A stretch of DNA of 64,000 nt from Bacteroidia bacterium (GCA_965216465.1 CBDCFW010000001.1:160001-224000), one strand, 5' to 3'. Numbered from the stretch's first letter, positions 46,730 to 57,516 are shown. Program-made: numbers and translations. The notes: generated from the letters alone by a model not told the origin.

Positions 46730-47581
46730 ATGTCAACACAAACAATTTCAAAAACTAGCATGTGGAGAGGTGGCAATTCACCTTTTAAAATTAGTTATGG
46801 TAAGCTAATGATGTGGATTTTTCTCCTGTCAGATGCTTTTACATTTTCATCTCTACTAGTAGGTTATGGAGCTCTGAGATATAGCTTCTCTTCTACTGAA
46901 GAATACATTGAGGAAGTAACTCCTGCACACTTAGAAAGTCAAGGAATTCCTATGGAAGGCGACTTGATTAACTTTGAGTTTAACAGCGAGATCATTGCTA
47001 TGTATGCTCCGGAAGGAACTGATCTTCACCATGACCATACCGACTACTTTGTTGAAAAACTTGGTGAGGTTGGAGTGTTTGCTGAAGACCACTGGCCATC
47101 GCCGGATTTGGTATTTAATCACTTCCCAGGTTTCCATGGAAAACATCTTCCTTTGATGTTCGTTTCGCTGATGACTTTTATCCTTATCTTTAGTTCTGTA
47201 ACCATGGTACTTGCTGTGGAAGCAGGACAACGTAACTCCAAAAATGAAGTTAATAAATGGCTGTTATGGACCATCTTAGGTGGTGCAGCATTCCTTGGCT
47301 GTCAAGCTTGGGAGTGGACGATGTTTATCAACGCCGGTGCTACTCCTTGGAGTAACCCTTATGGCCCTGCAACATTTGCAGCACTCTTCTTCTTGGTTAC
47401 AGGATTCCACGGATTTCACGTTTTCTCGGGTGTAGTTATAAATGTAGTTGCTTACGTTAACTCGCTAAAGGGAACCTACGAAAAGAGAGGACATTACGAA
47501 ATGATTGAGAAGGTTGGACTATACTGGCACTTTGTAGATCTAGTATGGGTATTTGTATTTACATTCTTCTACTTAATCTAA
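46730..47581 (+). CDS. Cytochrome c oxidase subunit III (second paralog)
   Basis: GKLMMWIFLLSDAFTF, TGFHGFHV, GLYWHFVDLVWVFVF; start ATG 46730. Confidence 0.92.
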   Translation: MSTQTISKTSMWRGGNSPFKISYGKLMMWIFLLSDAFTFSSLLVGYGALRYSFSSTEEYIEEVTPAHLESQGIPMEGDLINFEFNSEIIAMYAPEGTDLHHDHTDYFVEKLGEVGVFAEDHWPSPDLVFNHFPGFHGKHLPLMFVSLMTFILIFSSVTMVLAVEAGQRNSKNEVNKWLLWTILGGAAFLGCQAWEWTMFINAGATPWSNPYGPATFAALFFLVTGFHGFHVFSGVVINVVAYVNSLKGTYEKRGHYEMIEKVGLYWHFVDLVWVFVFTFFYLI

Positions 47582-47607
47582 GGTAAAATTCATAAAAAAG
47601 AACAGAA

Positions 47608-47961
47608 ATGGCACACGCAAATCATAACGTAGATATACACGACGAAGAGAATTACGACCCAACAGTATGGGTACCTAAAGCTCATAGCCACGGAACAAGA
47701 GACATCTGGATTAAACTGGGAATTCTAGCATTCCTAACTATCATTGATGTTGCCTTATATTTCATACTTGATCCTTCTATGGGAAGAAATATCACATTCA
47801 TCATTTTAGGAATCTTTAAAGCAATCTACATTGTAGGAACGTTCATGCACATGAAGCACGAAAAACTAAGCTTCGCTACCATGATTATCGCTCCAATGTT
47901 ATTGATTGTTTTCTTCATCGCTTGGATGATGTATGAAGGAGACTTCTGGGGATCATTCTAA
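47608..47961 (+). CDS. Cytochrome c oxidase subunit IV family protein
   Basis: KAIYIVGTFMHMKHE motif; three TM helices. Confidence 0.88.
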   Translation: MAHANHNVDIHDEENYDPTVWVPKAHSHGTRDIWIKLGILAFLTIIDVALYFILDPSMGRNITFIILGIFKAIYIVGTFMHMKHEKLSFATMIIAPMLLIVFFIAWMMYEGDFWGSF

Positions 47962-47979
47962 AACCTTAACATTTAGCTT

Positions 47980-48633
47980 ATGAAAAGAACTACTGGCATA
48001 ATAATTCTAGTGGTTTTGTTAGCAATACCTGCAATCTGGATATTTCTCTGGAAGAATACTCAGTTTGGGTATAATGAACTACCGGTTTATACCACAGATG
48101 AAATGGGCGTTAAAGAGCCTTATTACATCGACTCTTTCTCTTTGGTTGATCAAAACAATAACGTCTTCACACGCGATAGCATAGGAGACCGTGTTTTTAT
48201 TTCAAGCTTCTTTTTTGCTACCTGCCCAGACGTATGTCCAACCATTAATGGACACCTAAAGATAGCTACCGAAAAACTAAAGAACAGTACCGATGTAATG
48301 TTTCTCACTCATTCTGTAGATCCTTATCACGACACACCCGAAGTCTTAAATAAATATGCAGAAGATTTTGAAGCAGACTACAACCAATGGAAGTTCTTGA
48401 CAGGTAAAAAGAGTACCATCTACTACCTAGCCACTCAAAATTATAGAACTGTAATTGAGGAGGTTCCTGACACCAATAACTTCATCCATAGTGATAAACT
48501 AATCTTGGTAGATAAAGAATTTCATGTTCGCGGTATTTATGACGGTCTAGACATTAAAAGCGTTCTTGACATGGTTGAAGATGCGCGATTCTTATTAAAA
48601 TCGTACAAAGACCAAGCTAGAAATGAAGAGTAA
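47980..48633 (+). CDS. SCO family copper chaperone
   Basis: FFFATCPDVCP, DPYHDTPE, HS...LVD. Confidence 0.92.
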   Translation: MKRTTGIIILVVLLAIPAIWIFLWKNTQFGYNELPVYTTDEMGVKEPYYIDSFSLVDQNNNVFTRDSIGDRVFISSFFFATCPDVCPTINGHLKIATEKLKNSTDVMFLTHSVDPYHDTPEVLNKYAEDFEADYNQWKFLTGKKSTIYYLATQNYRTVIEEVPDTNNFIHSDKLILVDKEFHVRGIYDGLDIKSVLDMVEDARFLLKSYKDQARNEE

Positions 48634-49165
48634 CTGGAACGACAAACTTATATTTCGTCTTGCACTTGTAGTTTCAATCGTTGTTTTTGTATTGGTTGTT
48701 GTACTGAACAAACGTGTACTAAATCCACCTACTGAGTTTCCTGAATTTATTTACAAGCTCCCACTTTTACACGCAGTAATCAATGGAAGTTGTGCTGTAA
48801 TACTAATTCTTTCCTTGCGTGCTATACGCAGAAAGAATGTGGCTTTACATAAACGTTTAAACCTAACTGCTTTTGGATTATCTGCATTATTCTTACTGAG
48901 TTATGTTACGTTTCACTTCTTCGTTCCTGAGACTACTTATGGTGGTGATGGGGCTATGAGAATAGTCTACTATATCATTCTGATTTCTCACATCATATTG
49001 GCAGCAGTAGTACTTCCATTGATCCTACTATCATTTTGGCACGGTTTACAAAACAACGTCGACAAACATAAACGAATAGTAAGGTTTAGTTACCCAATTT
49101 GGCTTTATGTTGCCATTACAGGGGTTCTTGTATATCTCATGATTTCACCTTACTACAACTTCTAA
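48623..49165 (+). CDS. DUF420 membrane protein
   Basis: LPLLHAVING, FLLSYV, ILISHIILA, PIWLYVAITGV. Confidence 0.9.
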   Translation: MKSNWNDKLIFRLALVVSIVVFVLVVVLNKRVLNPPTEFPEFIYKLPLLHAVINGSCAVILILSLRAIRRKNVALHKRLNLTAFGLSALFLLSYVTFHFFVPETTYGGDGAMRIVYYIILISHIILAAVVLPLILLSFWHGLQNNVDKHKRIVRFSYPIWLYVAITGVLVYLMISPYYNF

Positions 49166-49166
49166 A

Positions 49167-49898
49167 ATGAAATCTCTTATTCAACGTATACTTCAACGCC
49201 TGCTGGGTTATGACCTCTATTTATGGTGCTTTACGTTGTATAAGCTCAGGGTGTTGAAGTACGACAAGAATGAGAACGATTTCTTTCACTTCATTTCATT
49301 GATAGACCCAAAATCTACAGTACTTGATATCGGAGCGAACATTGGGCTTATGACATATTACATGGCAAAACGCTTTGATAACGTCATTGCATTTGAGCCA
49401 ATGCCAAATAACATCAAGATTATTCAAAGATTGATTCAGAAGTTCAAGTTTAAGAATGTAAAATTAGTACAATGTGCATTGGGCAACCAAAACACTCAAA
49501 TTCAATTGGTATTGCCTATTGTTGATGGAGTTAAGAAACAAGGGCTAAGTCATGTCGTTGATGAGAAAATGACTGAGTTCAACGAAGGTCGATTATTCGA
49601 AACGGAATGTTATAAATTGGATGATGTAGAAATCATTCAGAATAAAAAAGTAGATGCGATAAAGATTGACGTTGAAAATTTTGAATTTGAAGTGTTTCAG
49701 GGTGCTGAGCAGTTGCTTCTTGCCCATAAACCAATGATTTACTGCGAATTATGGAACAATAAAAATCGAATTGATTGCTTTGAGTTTTTAGCTGGATTGG
49801 GATATGACCGTTATGTATTTAATGGAGTCGATCTGGAGAAAATCGAGGGTAACCCAAGTGACATTCAAAATTTCTTCTTTATTGCTAAACAAGATTAA
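49167..49898 (+). CDS. FkbM family methyltransferase
   Basis: LDIGANIG, AFEP, IKIDVENFE. Confidence 0.88.
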   Translation: MKSLIQRILQRLLGYDLYLWCFTLYKLRVLKYDKNENDFFHFISLIDPKSTVLDIGANIGLMTYYMAKRFDNVIAFEPMPNNIKIIQRLIQKFKFKNVKLVQCALGNQNTQIQLVLPIVDGVKKQGLSHVVDEKMTEFNEGRLFETECYKLDDVEIIQNKKVDAIKIDVENFEFEVFQGAEQLLLAHKPMIYCELWNNKNRIDCFEFLAGLGYDRYVFNGVDLEKIEGNPSDIQNFFFIAKQD

Positions 49899-49908
49899 CT
49901 TTGCACTG

Positions 49909-50127
49909 ATGAAAAAAATACTTTTCGCATTATTCCTTACCTTTTCAATTGGTCTAACTGCTGAGGCTCAGTGCCCTATGTGTAAGACTGCAGTTGAGAG
50001 TGGAATGGAAGACGGTCATTCTAAAGGAAAAGGACTAAACGATGGTATTCTCTACTTACTTGCAACTCCATACATCGCAGTTGCTGTTATTGGAGGAGTG
50101 TGGTACCGCAAAAACAAAAGACAGTAA
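49909..50127 (+). CDS. Small conserved Bacteroidota protein (QCxMC...GLNxGILYL family)
   Basis: Signal peptide, AQCPMCKTAVES, GLNDGILYLLATPY; TAACTTTG promoter at 49896-49903. Confidence 0.8.
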   Translation: MKKILFALFLTFSIGLTAEAQCPMCKTAVESGMEDGHSKGKGLNDGILYLLATPYIAVAVIGGVWYRKNKRQ

Positions 50128-50129
50128 CC

Positions 50130-50516
50130 ATGAGCGGACTTTCAGCCTTTGCGAGTGGTAAATGCCCTCAATGCAGGGATGGTAAGGTTTTTAAACACTC
50201 GCTTCTTAAAATCTCAAAATTTAAGGTTATGAATGAGCACTGCCCATCGTGTGGTGTAAAATTTGAATCAGAACCAGGCTTCTTTTGGGGAGCAATGTAT
50301 TTCAGCTATGCGTTAAATGTAGCTATGTTCATCATTATTGGAGCTTTATTTTTTATGATAAGCGACGATGTTAATCTTGGCTTACTCATTGGTACAATGG
50401 CAGTTGTATCGATTGCTGTATCTCCAATTTCGTTTCGATTGAGCAGAATGCTCATGATGTATCTTACTGCTCCTTATAGAAAGTTCAGATCAGGAGCAAA
50501 AAAAATCGGGAAGTAA
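50130..50516 (+). CDS. DUF983 family protein
   Basis: KCPQC, CPSCG...EPGFFWGAMYFSY. Confidence 0.88.
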   Translation: MSGLSAFASGKCPQCRDGKVFKHSLLKISKFKVMNEHCPSCGVKFESEPGFFWGAMYFSYALNVAMFIIIGALFFMISDDVNLGLLIGTMAVVSIAVSPISFRLSRMLMMYLTAPYRKFRSGAKKIGK

Positions 50517-50532
50517 ATACTCCCCGACTTTT
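50498..50532 (-). terminator. Rho-independent terminator for recA (overlaps the DUF983 end)
   Basis: Minus strand AGTCGGGGAGTA-TT-TACTTCCCGATT followed by a T run. Confidence 0.75.
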
Positions 50533-50549
50533 AAAAAGTTTTTCCCTAA

Positions 50550-51581
50550 TTATTCTGCAGCTGCTTGAGGAACTTCCTCTACTACCCCATTAATTTCATT
50601 GAAAATTTTCTCTTCAATTTCTTCCATAAGTTCAGGATTGTCTTTGAGCAAGTTTTTCACTGAGTCTCGTCCTTGGCCTAATCGTGTTTCACCATAGCTA
50701 AACCAGCTACCGCTTTTCTGAATAACATTGTTTTCTACTCCAAGGTCAATGATTTCTCCTACTTTAGAAATTCCTTCTCCGTACATAATATCGAATTCGA
50801 CAACTCTGAATGGAGGAGCCACCTTATTTTTGGCTACTTTAACCTTCACGCGGTTTCCGATTATATCTACACCATCTTTAATACTTCCAATTCTTCTGAT
50901 ATCCAATCGAACTGATGCATAAAACTTAAGTGCATTACCGCCGGTAGTTGTTTCAGGATTTCCGAACATCACACCAATCTTTTCTCTAAGCTGATTAATG
51001 AATATGCAAATACATCCGGTTTTGTTAATTGTTCCTGTAAGCTTTCTAAGTGCTTGAGACATCAAGCGAGCGTGCAATCCCATTTTAGAATCACCCATGT
51101 CGCCTTCTAATTCAGCTCTAGGCACCAAAGCAGCAACAGAGTCAATCACAATGACATCAATTGCCCCAGATCGAATCAAATTATCTGCAATTTCCAAAGC
51201 TTGCTCTCCATCGTCGGGTTGTGAGATTAACAATTCATTGGTATCAATTCCAATTTTCTCACCGTAAAACTTATCAAAAGCATGCTCAGCATCAATAAAT
51301 GCACAAATACCTCCTTTGCGTTGTGCTTCAGCAATACAATGCATCGCCAACGTTGTTTTACCTGATGACTCAGGACCGTATATTTCTATGACTCTTCCGC
51401 GTGGGAAGCCACCTACTCCAAGACCGATATCTAAGCCCAATGACCCTGTAGATATTGCATCTACCTTCTCAACGTTCTCATCATCCATCTTCATTACCAC
51501 ACCTTTACCATAAGACTTTTCTAACTTGTCGATGGTAAGCTTGAGGGCTTTTAATTTTTCTGCGTTTTCGTTCTTTGACAT
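50550..51581 (-). CDS. recA: Recombinase RecA
   Basis: [45 protein letters not shown]; TATATTTG promoter at 51606-51613. Confidence 0.98.
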   Translation of the reverse strand: MSKNENAEKLKALKLTIDKLEKSYGKGVVMKMDDENVEKVDAISTGSLGLDIGLGVGGFPRGRVIEIYGPESSGKTTLAMHCIAEAQRKGGICAFIDAEHAFDKFYGEKIGIDTNELLISQPDDGEQALEIADNLIRSGAIDVIVIDSVAALVPRAELEGDMGDSKMGLHARLMSQALRKLTGTINKTGCICIFINQLREKIGVMFGNPETTTGGNALKFYASVRLDIRRIGSIKDGVDIIGNRVKVKVAKNKVAPPFRVVEFDIMYGEGISKVGEIIDLGVENNVIQKSGSWFSYGETRLGQGRDSVKNLLKDNPELMEEIEEKIFNEINGVVEEVPQAAAE

Positions 51582-51732
51582 TATTATTATCTAACCTGTT
51601 TTATCCAAATATATAGAATTGGATGAAGTAATCAAAGCTTTGGAAAAGGTGTTGATATAATAAGCTTTTGCACCATAAACTTATACTATCATCCATCTAT
51701 TTTCGTTGGACATTAAACGCATTTCAGTCGCA

Positions 51733-53343
51733 TTGAAAAGATTACTAACACTGCATATTGGCATTCTTTGCTCTCTTGTTGTATTCAGTCAGAACACATC
51801 AACTGACAGTACAGATTTAGGTGATTATACCATCAACACCAAGTATAAACCCGATGTTGCAGAGTCGCATAAAATTGATTTAGAGCCTGCGCTTGAAGAC
51901 CCAAAGGTTGACCCACCTACCTTTAAATACAGGTTCCCTACTGTGGCCTACAAGCCTAAAGCTGTGTATTCCCCTATAGATCCTGTGTTCATTAAGCCCG
52001 AACAACCCGAAGACTATTTCGACAACTACATCGAAATTGGCGGAGGTAATTACTTAACTTCCTATGTTGATGCTAGCATTCATAACACCCGCGACAAGTA
52101 TTATACTTATGGCCTTCGTCTAAAGCATCATGCTGCCAGTGCTTCAAAAAATCCAAATCAAGGATTATTTAGCCAAAATCGCGTTACGGCATTCGGAACA
52201 CGTGAAAAAGGAAATGACCTTACCGGAGAAATTGACTACCAGCGTAATGTGGTGCATTACTACGGATACACAGATACTCCTAGCTTAGAGCTGAACGACA
52301 TCAATCAGATTTATAACGATGTGAACGCCAGTGCTGTGTGGTCATTTAAAAAGAGAAAAATAACGAGCGACCTTGGTTTTGCATTTAACCTGTTTGATGT
52401 TCTTGGTGAATTTGAAAATACGTACAATGTTTACTCCGACAACCAATTCAAACTGGGGAAAGACTATCTGCATATTGATGTTGGAGCTACCTATACGCGT
52501 TTAACGGAAAAAGCGAACTACAACCGATTATTTCTTGATATTAATCCGCATTACGAGTTTAAGTACAAGAAGTATCTCTTGAACATTGGAGCTATGATCA
52601 ATTACTTCAACGACTCAAATTCAAACCTTCTCTATTTTGCTCCATTCTTAAAGGCAGAAACCTATTTGGTTCCAGATCGCTTGAGACTTTATGCTGGAAT
52701 TACCGGTGGTTTGAATCAAAATACATTACGTAGCCTTTCCTATGAAAATATGTTTTTGGCATATGAATCACAATACAACAATCCTAGAACGTTATTCAAT
52801 GCTTATGTTGGAATGAATGGTAACTTTAAACGATTTGTGGAATATGGTATCAAAATTCAACAAGAAGCCATTCGTGATCAGTACTTCTTCGTAAATGACA
52901 CTTCCCGCTTAAGAAACTTTACAACGGTTTACGATAATATTGGAAGATTTACTTTTTCAGGAGAGATGAAATTTGATGTAAATCAAAATGTTGACATTGG
53001 ATTTAGAGGAAACTTTTATGCGTACTCTACCACAAATGAAAAAGAAGCCTGGCATATGCCAACTTACGATGCCGCATTGTTTGCAACTGTACGCATTGCA
53101 GATAAGATTTATGTGCGTGGAGGCTACTTTGCTACAAGTACAAGATTTGCACGTGACCTTGCAGGAAACCAATTTAGTTTAGCAGCAATTAACGACATTA
53201 ACGTAGGTGCTGAATACCGCTATAAAAAGAACATCTCAGGATTCATAAATGTGAACAATATCCTGAACCAACGATACGAATTGTGGAAGTTCTACAACGC
53301 CCAAGGACTAAACGTTTTGGCTGGGGTTACTTTTTCTTTATAG
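51733..53343 (+). CDS. Outer-membrane beta-barrel protein (TonB-dependent-receptor-like)
   Basis: Signal peptide, YKP.V....KI, NNILNQRYE, C-terminal GVTFSL; a TATTTTCG promoter at 51698 favours TTG 51733. Confidence 0.75.
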   Translation: MKRLLTLHIGILCSLVVFSQNTSTDSTDLGDYTINTKYKPDVAESHKIDLEPALEDPKVDPPTFKYRFPTVAYKPKAVYSPIDPVFIKPEQPEDYFDNYIEIGGGNYLTSYVDASIHNTRDKYYTYGLRLKHHAASASKNPNQGLFSQNRVTAFGTREKGNDLTGEIDYQRNVVHYYGYTDTPSLELNDINQIYNDVNASAVWSFKKRKITSDLGFAFNLFDVLGEFENTYNVYSDNQFKLGKDYLHIDVGATYTRLTEKANYNRLFLDINPHYEFKYKKYLLNIGAMINYFNDSNSNLLYFAPFLKAETYLVPDRLRLYAGITGGLNQNTLRSLSYENMFLAYESQYNNPRTLFNAYVGMNGNFKRFVEYGIKIQQEAIRDQYFFVNDTSRLRNFTTVYDNIGRFTFSGEMKFDVNQNVDIGFRGNFYAYSTTNEKEAWHMPTYDAALFATVRIADKIYVRGGYFATSTRFARDLAGNQFSLAAINDINVGAEYRYKKNISGFINVNNILNQRYELWKFYNAQGLNVLAGVTFSL

Positions 53344-53385
53344 TTCGTAAAGAATTAAACTCCGTTTTGTTAATATTGCAATAGA

Positions 53386-54363
53386 ATGAATTTAGCGAAC
53401 GACATAGCTTTTTTACTTTATAAGCACAACTGTGTAATCGTACCTGAATTGGGTGCTTTTCTTGTTAATGAAAAGCCAGCTGAACTCAATACGACTGCCA
53501 AGTATGCTTCTCCTAAACAGCGTGCTGTATCGTTCAATGAGCAAATTCAAAATAACGATGGGTTATTAGCCAATCAAATTGCATCTTCACGAAACATGAG
53601 TTATGAAGACGGAATGGTTTCTATTAAATCGTACGTTGAACAGCTCAAAACCAAGCTGAGTGAAAATAAAAATGTTGAGCTATCAGAAATCGGAACATTT
53701 TATCGAACTGATGAAGGCAAACTGATTTTTGTACCTTACCACACGGTTAATTTTTCACTAGACTCGTTTGGTTTACCTAAGCTTCGTTTAAAAACACTAG
53801 AAAAGCCTGTTGAGGTTAGTAAACAACCAGAAATTGCTAAGCAACCTGTTGTAAGTGTTAGATCTAAACCAGTTGAAAAGAAAATCGAACAGCAGGAAAA
53901 ACGTAGACAAAGCAAGGCTCCTAAACAAAAAAGAAGAACATCAAATTTATCAATAGTCAATGTATTGGGTTCATTCTTTCTGATCGGAATGTTTTTCGCT
54001 TTGTTAAACTTTGAACTTAATACAAATTCAGGAGCGGCATTTGACCAGAATTATGCTAGTATCTTAGATACACCAACCGTGGTGGATGATTCTGATTCTC
54101 ACCAAGCTTCTATTGATACTCAAGACGAAAAGCCATTATTCACGCTCTTCGAAATCTGCACTGAAGACATTTTAAGTTTGGAAGAGGCAGAAACCCTTAG
54201 AAGTGAGCTTATTGGGAAATATGCTCAAGCTCAAATACAAAAAAATGAGAATGGATCGTATCACGTATCCATTATTTCCTTCAGCAACGAAGGTTTGGCC
54301 CATGAATACATGGACCTAATCCAAAATAGAATAACACAACAACTATTTATCAATACAAAATAA
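53386..54363 (+). CDS. HU-CCDC81-like / SPOR-like domain protein
   Basis: LLYKHNCVIVPELGAF, NNDGLLA, IGTF, FGL; central TM helix. Confidence 0.8.
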   Translation: MNLANDIAFLLYKHNCVIVPELGAFLVNEKPAELNTTAKYASPKQRAVSFNEQIQNNDGLLANQIASSRNMSYEDGMVSIKSYVEQLKTKLSENKNVELSEIGTFYRTDEGKLIFVPYHTVNFSLDSFGLPKLRLKTLEKPVEVSKQPEIAKQPVVSVRSKPVEKKIEQQEKRRQSKAPKQKRRTSNLSIVNVLGSFFLIGMFFALLNFELNTNSGAAFDQNYASILDTPTVVDDSDSHQASIDTQDEKPLFTLFEICTEDILSLEEAETLRSELIGKYAQAQIQKNENGSYHVSIISFSNEGLAHEYMDLIQNRITQQLFINTK

Positions 54364-54364
54364 T

Positions 54365-55057
54365 ATGTCTATACTACTTCAACTAGTAGAAGGAGGAACA
54401 GCTGTAACTGACTCATTATCTTCTGCATCTGGTGAGTCTACCATGAACGTTTTAAATCTTGTAATTAAGGGAGGTGTCGTAATGATTCCTATCGGAATCT
54501 TGTTACTAATAGCAATTTACCTGACTATAGAACGTTATTTATCTATTAAGAAAGCTGGTGTAATGGACGACAAATTCATGAGTGGCATCAAAGAAATGGT
54601 ATTGGATGGAGACATTAAAGGTGCTCAACGTCTTTGCCACGATCGCGGTACTCCTATCGGTCTTATGATTGAGAAAGGACTGTCGAGAATTGGTAAACCT
54701 TTGAAAGATATTAGCGTTGCTGTAGAGAACGTTGGTAAACTTGAAGTTTATAAGCTAGAAAAAGGAATGCCTGTATTAGCGACTATTGCCGGTGCTGCTC
54801 CAATGCTCGGATTCTTAGGAACAGTAACGGGTATGATTAGAACATTCTTCCAACTTCAAGATAGTGGCCAACAAATTACTGCTAACCTTTTAAGTGGAGG
54901 TATTGGTGAAGCGATGATGACCACAGTAGCTGGTCTTGTTGTTGGTATCTTTGCTTATATGGCATACAACCTACTATCAGCCTTGATAAACAAGGTAGTT
55001 TATAAAATGGAAGCAACTTCGGTTGAATTCCTAGATATCTTACACGAACCTGCATAA
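54365..55057 (+). CDS. exbB: MotA/TolQ/ExbB proton channel
   Basis: APMLGFLGTVTGMI, GGIGEAMMTTVAGL. Confidence 0.9.
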   Translation: MSILLQLVEGGTAVTDSLSSASGESTMNVLNLVIKGGVVMIPIGILLLIAIYLTIERYLSIKKAGVMDDKFMSGIKEMVLDGDIKGAQRLCHDRGTPIGLMIEKGLSRIGKPLKDISVAVENVGKLEVYKLEKGMPVLATIAGAAPMLGFLGTVTGMIRTFFQLQDSGQQITANLLSGGIGEAMMTTVAGLVVGIFAYMAYNLLSALINKVVYKMEATSVEFLDILHEPA

Positions 55058-55059
55058 TT

Positions 55060-55458
55060 ATGGATTTAAGACCAAAAAGTAGAGTATCAACTGAGTTTAA
55101 CATGTCGAGTATGACCGACATTGTTTTCTTGTTGCTTATTTTCTTCATTATTATCAGTTCAGTTGTGAAAGATCCTGCACTTAAACTGATCTTGCCAAAG
55201 GGTGTTAATAACGTAAATGTAGTTAACAAGGTAATTCGAATCGGAATTGAAGAAGACTTAACTTATTCAATAGATGGAAAAAATGTTTCGCTTTCTCGTT
55301 TACCTTCTGAGCTTCAAGCGGTATTAAATACTAGTCCAAATGCAACCGTAAGCATACACGGAGATAAGAATATCAAGTATGATAACGTTATGGAGATAGT
55401 TATGATCGCCGATAAGGCAAATGCAAAGGTGGTTTTAGCACTAGACGGAACTAAATAA
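55060..55458 (+). CDS. exbD: Biopolymer transporter ExbD
   Basis: MSSMTDIVFLLLIFF, GDK...Y. Confidence 0.9.
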   Translation: MDLRPKSRVSTEFNMSSMTDIVFLLLIFFIIISSVVKDPALKLILPKGVNNVNVVNKVIRIGIEEDLTYSIDGKNVSLSRLPSELQAVLNTSPNATVSIHGDKNIKYDNVMEIVMIADKANAKVVLALDGTK

Positions 55459-55466
55459 ATTGAATC

Positions 55467-56252
55467 ATGGAAATATTAAAAAGAGACGAAGATAGAAAGG
55501 CCTTAGGAGGAACAATAATTGTTGCAGTCCTACTCTTCTTACTGCTTTTTTTAATGTTGGTGGGCAACTCGCAAACTCCAGATGAAATGGCACCTGGAGG
55601 TGTTACAATTAGCCTAGGAGAACCTGATCAAGGTGGTGAAGACAACAGTACAGCTAAACAAGAAGAATTTGTTGAACAGGTTGAAGAAGAGTATACTCCA
55701 GAAAATCAGCTAACCAGTGATGTAGAAGAAGCTCCAGCTGTTCAAGAAACGCCTCCAACAAATAATACAACCAAACCAAATACTACTAAACCGAAAGAAA
55801 CTACGACTCCTAAGGAAGAACAAAAGCCTAATCAACGTGATTTATTTGGTAGCTCAAAATCTGGAGGAGGTTCAAATGGTGGAACTACCGGTGGTGATAA
55901 AGGAGATAAAGACGGTACACCTGATGGAAGTCCAGACGGTCAGGGGAAAGGTGATTCAGGCGAAGGTATCGATTTAGGTGGTGGCATGTTCGGAGGTATT
56001 GGCGGATTTAAGGTTGCACATAAAGTTACTCCACGATCTGGCTCTCAAGAGTCAGGAGTTGTAAAACTACAAGTTTGCGTTGACGCTAGTGGACGTGTAC
56101 TACCCCATAAAATTAAGGTTCTTAGAGGAACCACAGGCGGTAGCGATCTCCAAAATAGATCGATAGAAGCCTTGAAAAAATTTAGATTTCAAAACACCAG
56201 TGGATCTAGCGGTGGCTGTGGTTACATCAGCTTCACATTTAAACTGAATTAA
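55467..56252 (+). CDS. tonB: TonB-like energy transducer
   Basis: N-terminal TM, Pro/Thr/Lys- and Gly-rich linker, ESGVVKLQVCVD..G.V C-domain; follows exbBD. Confidence 0.8.
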   Translation: MEILKRDEDRKALGGTIIVAVLLFLLLFLMLVGNSQTPDEMAPGGVTISLGEPDQGGEDNSTAKQEEFVEQVEEEYTPENQLTSDVEEAPAVQETPPTNNTTKPNTTKPKETTTPKEEQKPNQRDLFGSSKSGGGSNGGTTGGDKGDKDGTPDGSPDGQGKGDSGEGIDLGGGMFGGIGGFKVAHKVTPRSGSQESGVVKLQVCVDASGRVLPHKIKVLRGTTGGSDLQNRSIEALKKFRFQNTSGSSGGCGYISFTFKLN

Positions 56253-56258
56253 TACGAC

Positions 56259-57515
56259 TTGACCTACGAGCAAACGCTTGACTTTCTTTTCACAAAGCTA
56301 CCCATGTATCAACGCATTGGTAAACAAGCTTTTAAGAAAGATTTAACCAATATTACAAAACTGTGTAATGCCTTAGGCAACCCACATGACAAGTTCAAAT
56401 CCATTCACATTGCTGGAACCAACGGCAAAGGTTCAACTTCTCATATTCTATCGGCTATTTACCAACAAAATGGGTATAAAGTAGGGATGTACACCTCACC
56501 TCATCTGGTTGACTTTAGAGAGCGAATCAAGGTTAATGGTCAGCTATGCAGCCAAGAATTTGTAATTTCATTTGTAGATTCGATTTCTAACTTGATAGAG
56601 ACCATAGAGCCCTCATTTTTTGAGATTACGGTAGCAATGGCCTTTCATTATTTCGCCGAAGAACAGGTGGATGTAGCAATTATCGAGACAGGGTTGGGAG
56701 GCAGATTAGACTCGACAAACATTATAACCCCATTGTGCAGTGTGATAACATCTATTGGCTTTGATCATATGGACATGCTGGGTAATACACTAGAAGCAAT
56801 TGCTGGTGAGAAAGCAGGAATCATTAAACCCAATATTCCAGTTGTAGTTGGTGACCTACCTGACGAAGCACTCCATGTTGTACAAGAAAGAGCTAAAACC
56901 CAAAACGCTTCACTTACGAAAGCTAGTTTAACGAACCATGAAACGGATCTCTTGGGTGCGTACCAACAAGCGAATATCGCAATTGCTGTGCATGTAACAA
57001 GCGTATTAGACCAACAGCTTCCTACAAAAACAGAAGAAATAAAAACCGCTCTACTTAATGTAAGCAAATTATCAAATTTCGAAGGACGATGGCAAGTGAT
57101 TAATAACACACCCCCCTCTCCTACAGTGATTTGCGATGTTGGACATAACGAAGAAGGATTTAGATTGATTGCTGACCAATTGAAGTCGTTGAACAAAAAA
57201 ATTCATTATGTTTTGGGATTTGTATCCGATAAAAAACTGGATCAATTAATTCCTCTTCTACCCCAAGCTATATCGTATCACTTTGTTAGACCTGAAGTTA
57301 TTCGCGGTATGGATGTTGAAACCGTTCATAAGCACTTTTTGGAACACGGAATAAAGGGTACGACTCATGAAAAGCTATACCTTGCCCTCAAAACAGTGGT
57401 AGATCATGTTATTGCACAAAACGACAGTGAAGATTCAGTTGTTTTTGTTGGAGGGAGCAACTTCGTGGTTGCAGATTTACTACATTTGAAGGCTAAACAA
57501 GAACTCCCTTTTTAA
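56259..57515 (+). CDS. folC: Bifunctional folylpolyglutamate/dihydrofolate synthase
   Basis: HIAGTNGKGS, YTSPHL, ETGLGGRLDSTN, DVGHN. Confidence 0.95.
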   Translation: MTYEQTLDFLFTKLPMYQRIGKQAFKKDLTNITKLCNALGNPHDKFKSIHIAGTNGKGSTSHILSAIYQQNGYKVGMYTSPHLVDFRERIKVNGQLCSQEFVISFVDSISNLIETIEPSFFEITVAMAFHYFAEEQVDVAIIETGLGGRLDSTNIITPLCSVITSIGFDHMDMLGNTLEAIAGEKAGIIKPNIPVVVGDLPDEALHVVQERAKTQNASLTKASLTNHETDLLGAYQQANIAIAVHVTSVLDQQLPTKTEEIKTALLNVSKLSNFEGRWQVINNTPPSPTVICDVGHNEEGFRLIADQLKSLNKKIHYVLGFVSDKKLDQLIPLLPQAISYHFVRPEVIRGMDVETVHKHFLEHGIKGTTHEKLYLALKTVVDHVIAQNDSEDSVVFVGGSNFVVADLLHLKAKQELPF

Positions 57516-57516
57516 C

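Noticed and set aside
51603-51624. ATCCAA-N10-TTGGAT over the recA promoter as an SOS box
   Set aside because: Six-bp arms in AT-rich DNA, and it does not match a LexA-type motif I can support.
55855-56010. Gly-rich low-complexity repeat
   Set aside because: Normal linker of Bacteroidota TonB proteins.
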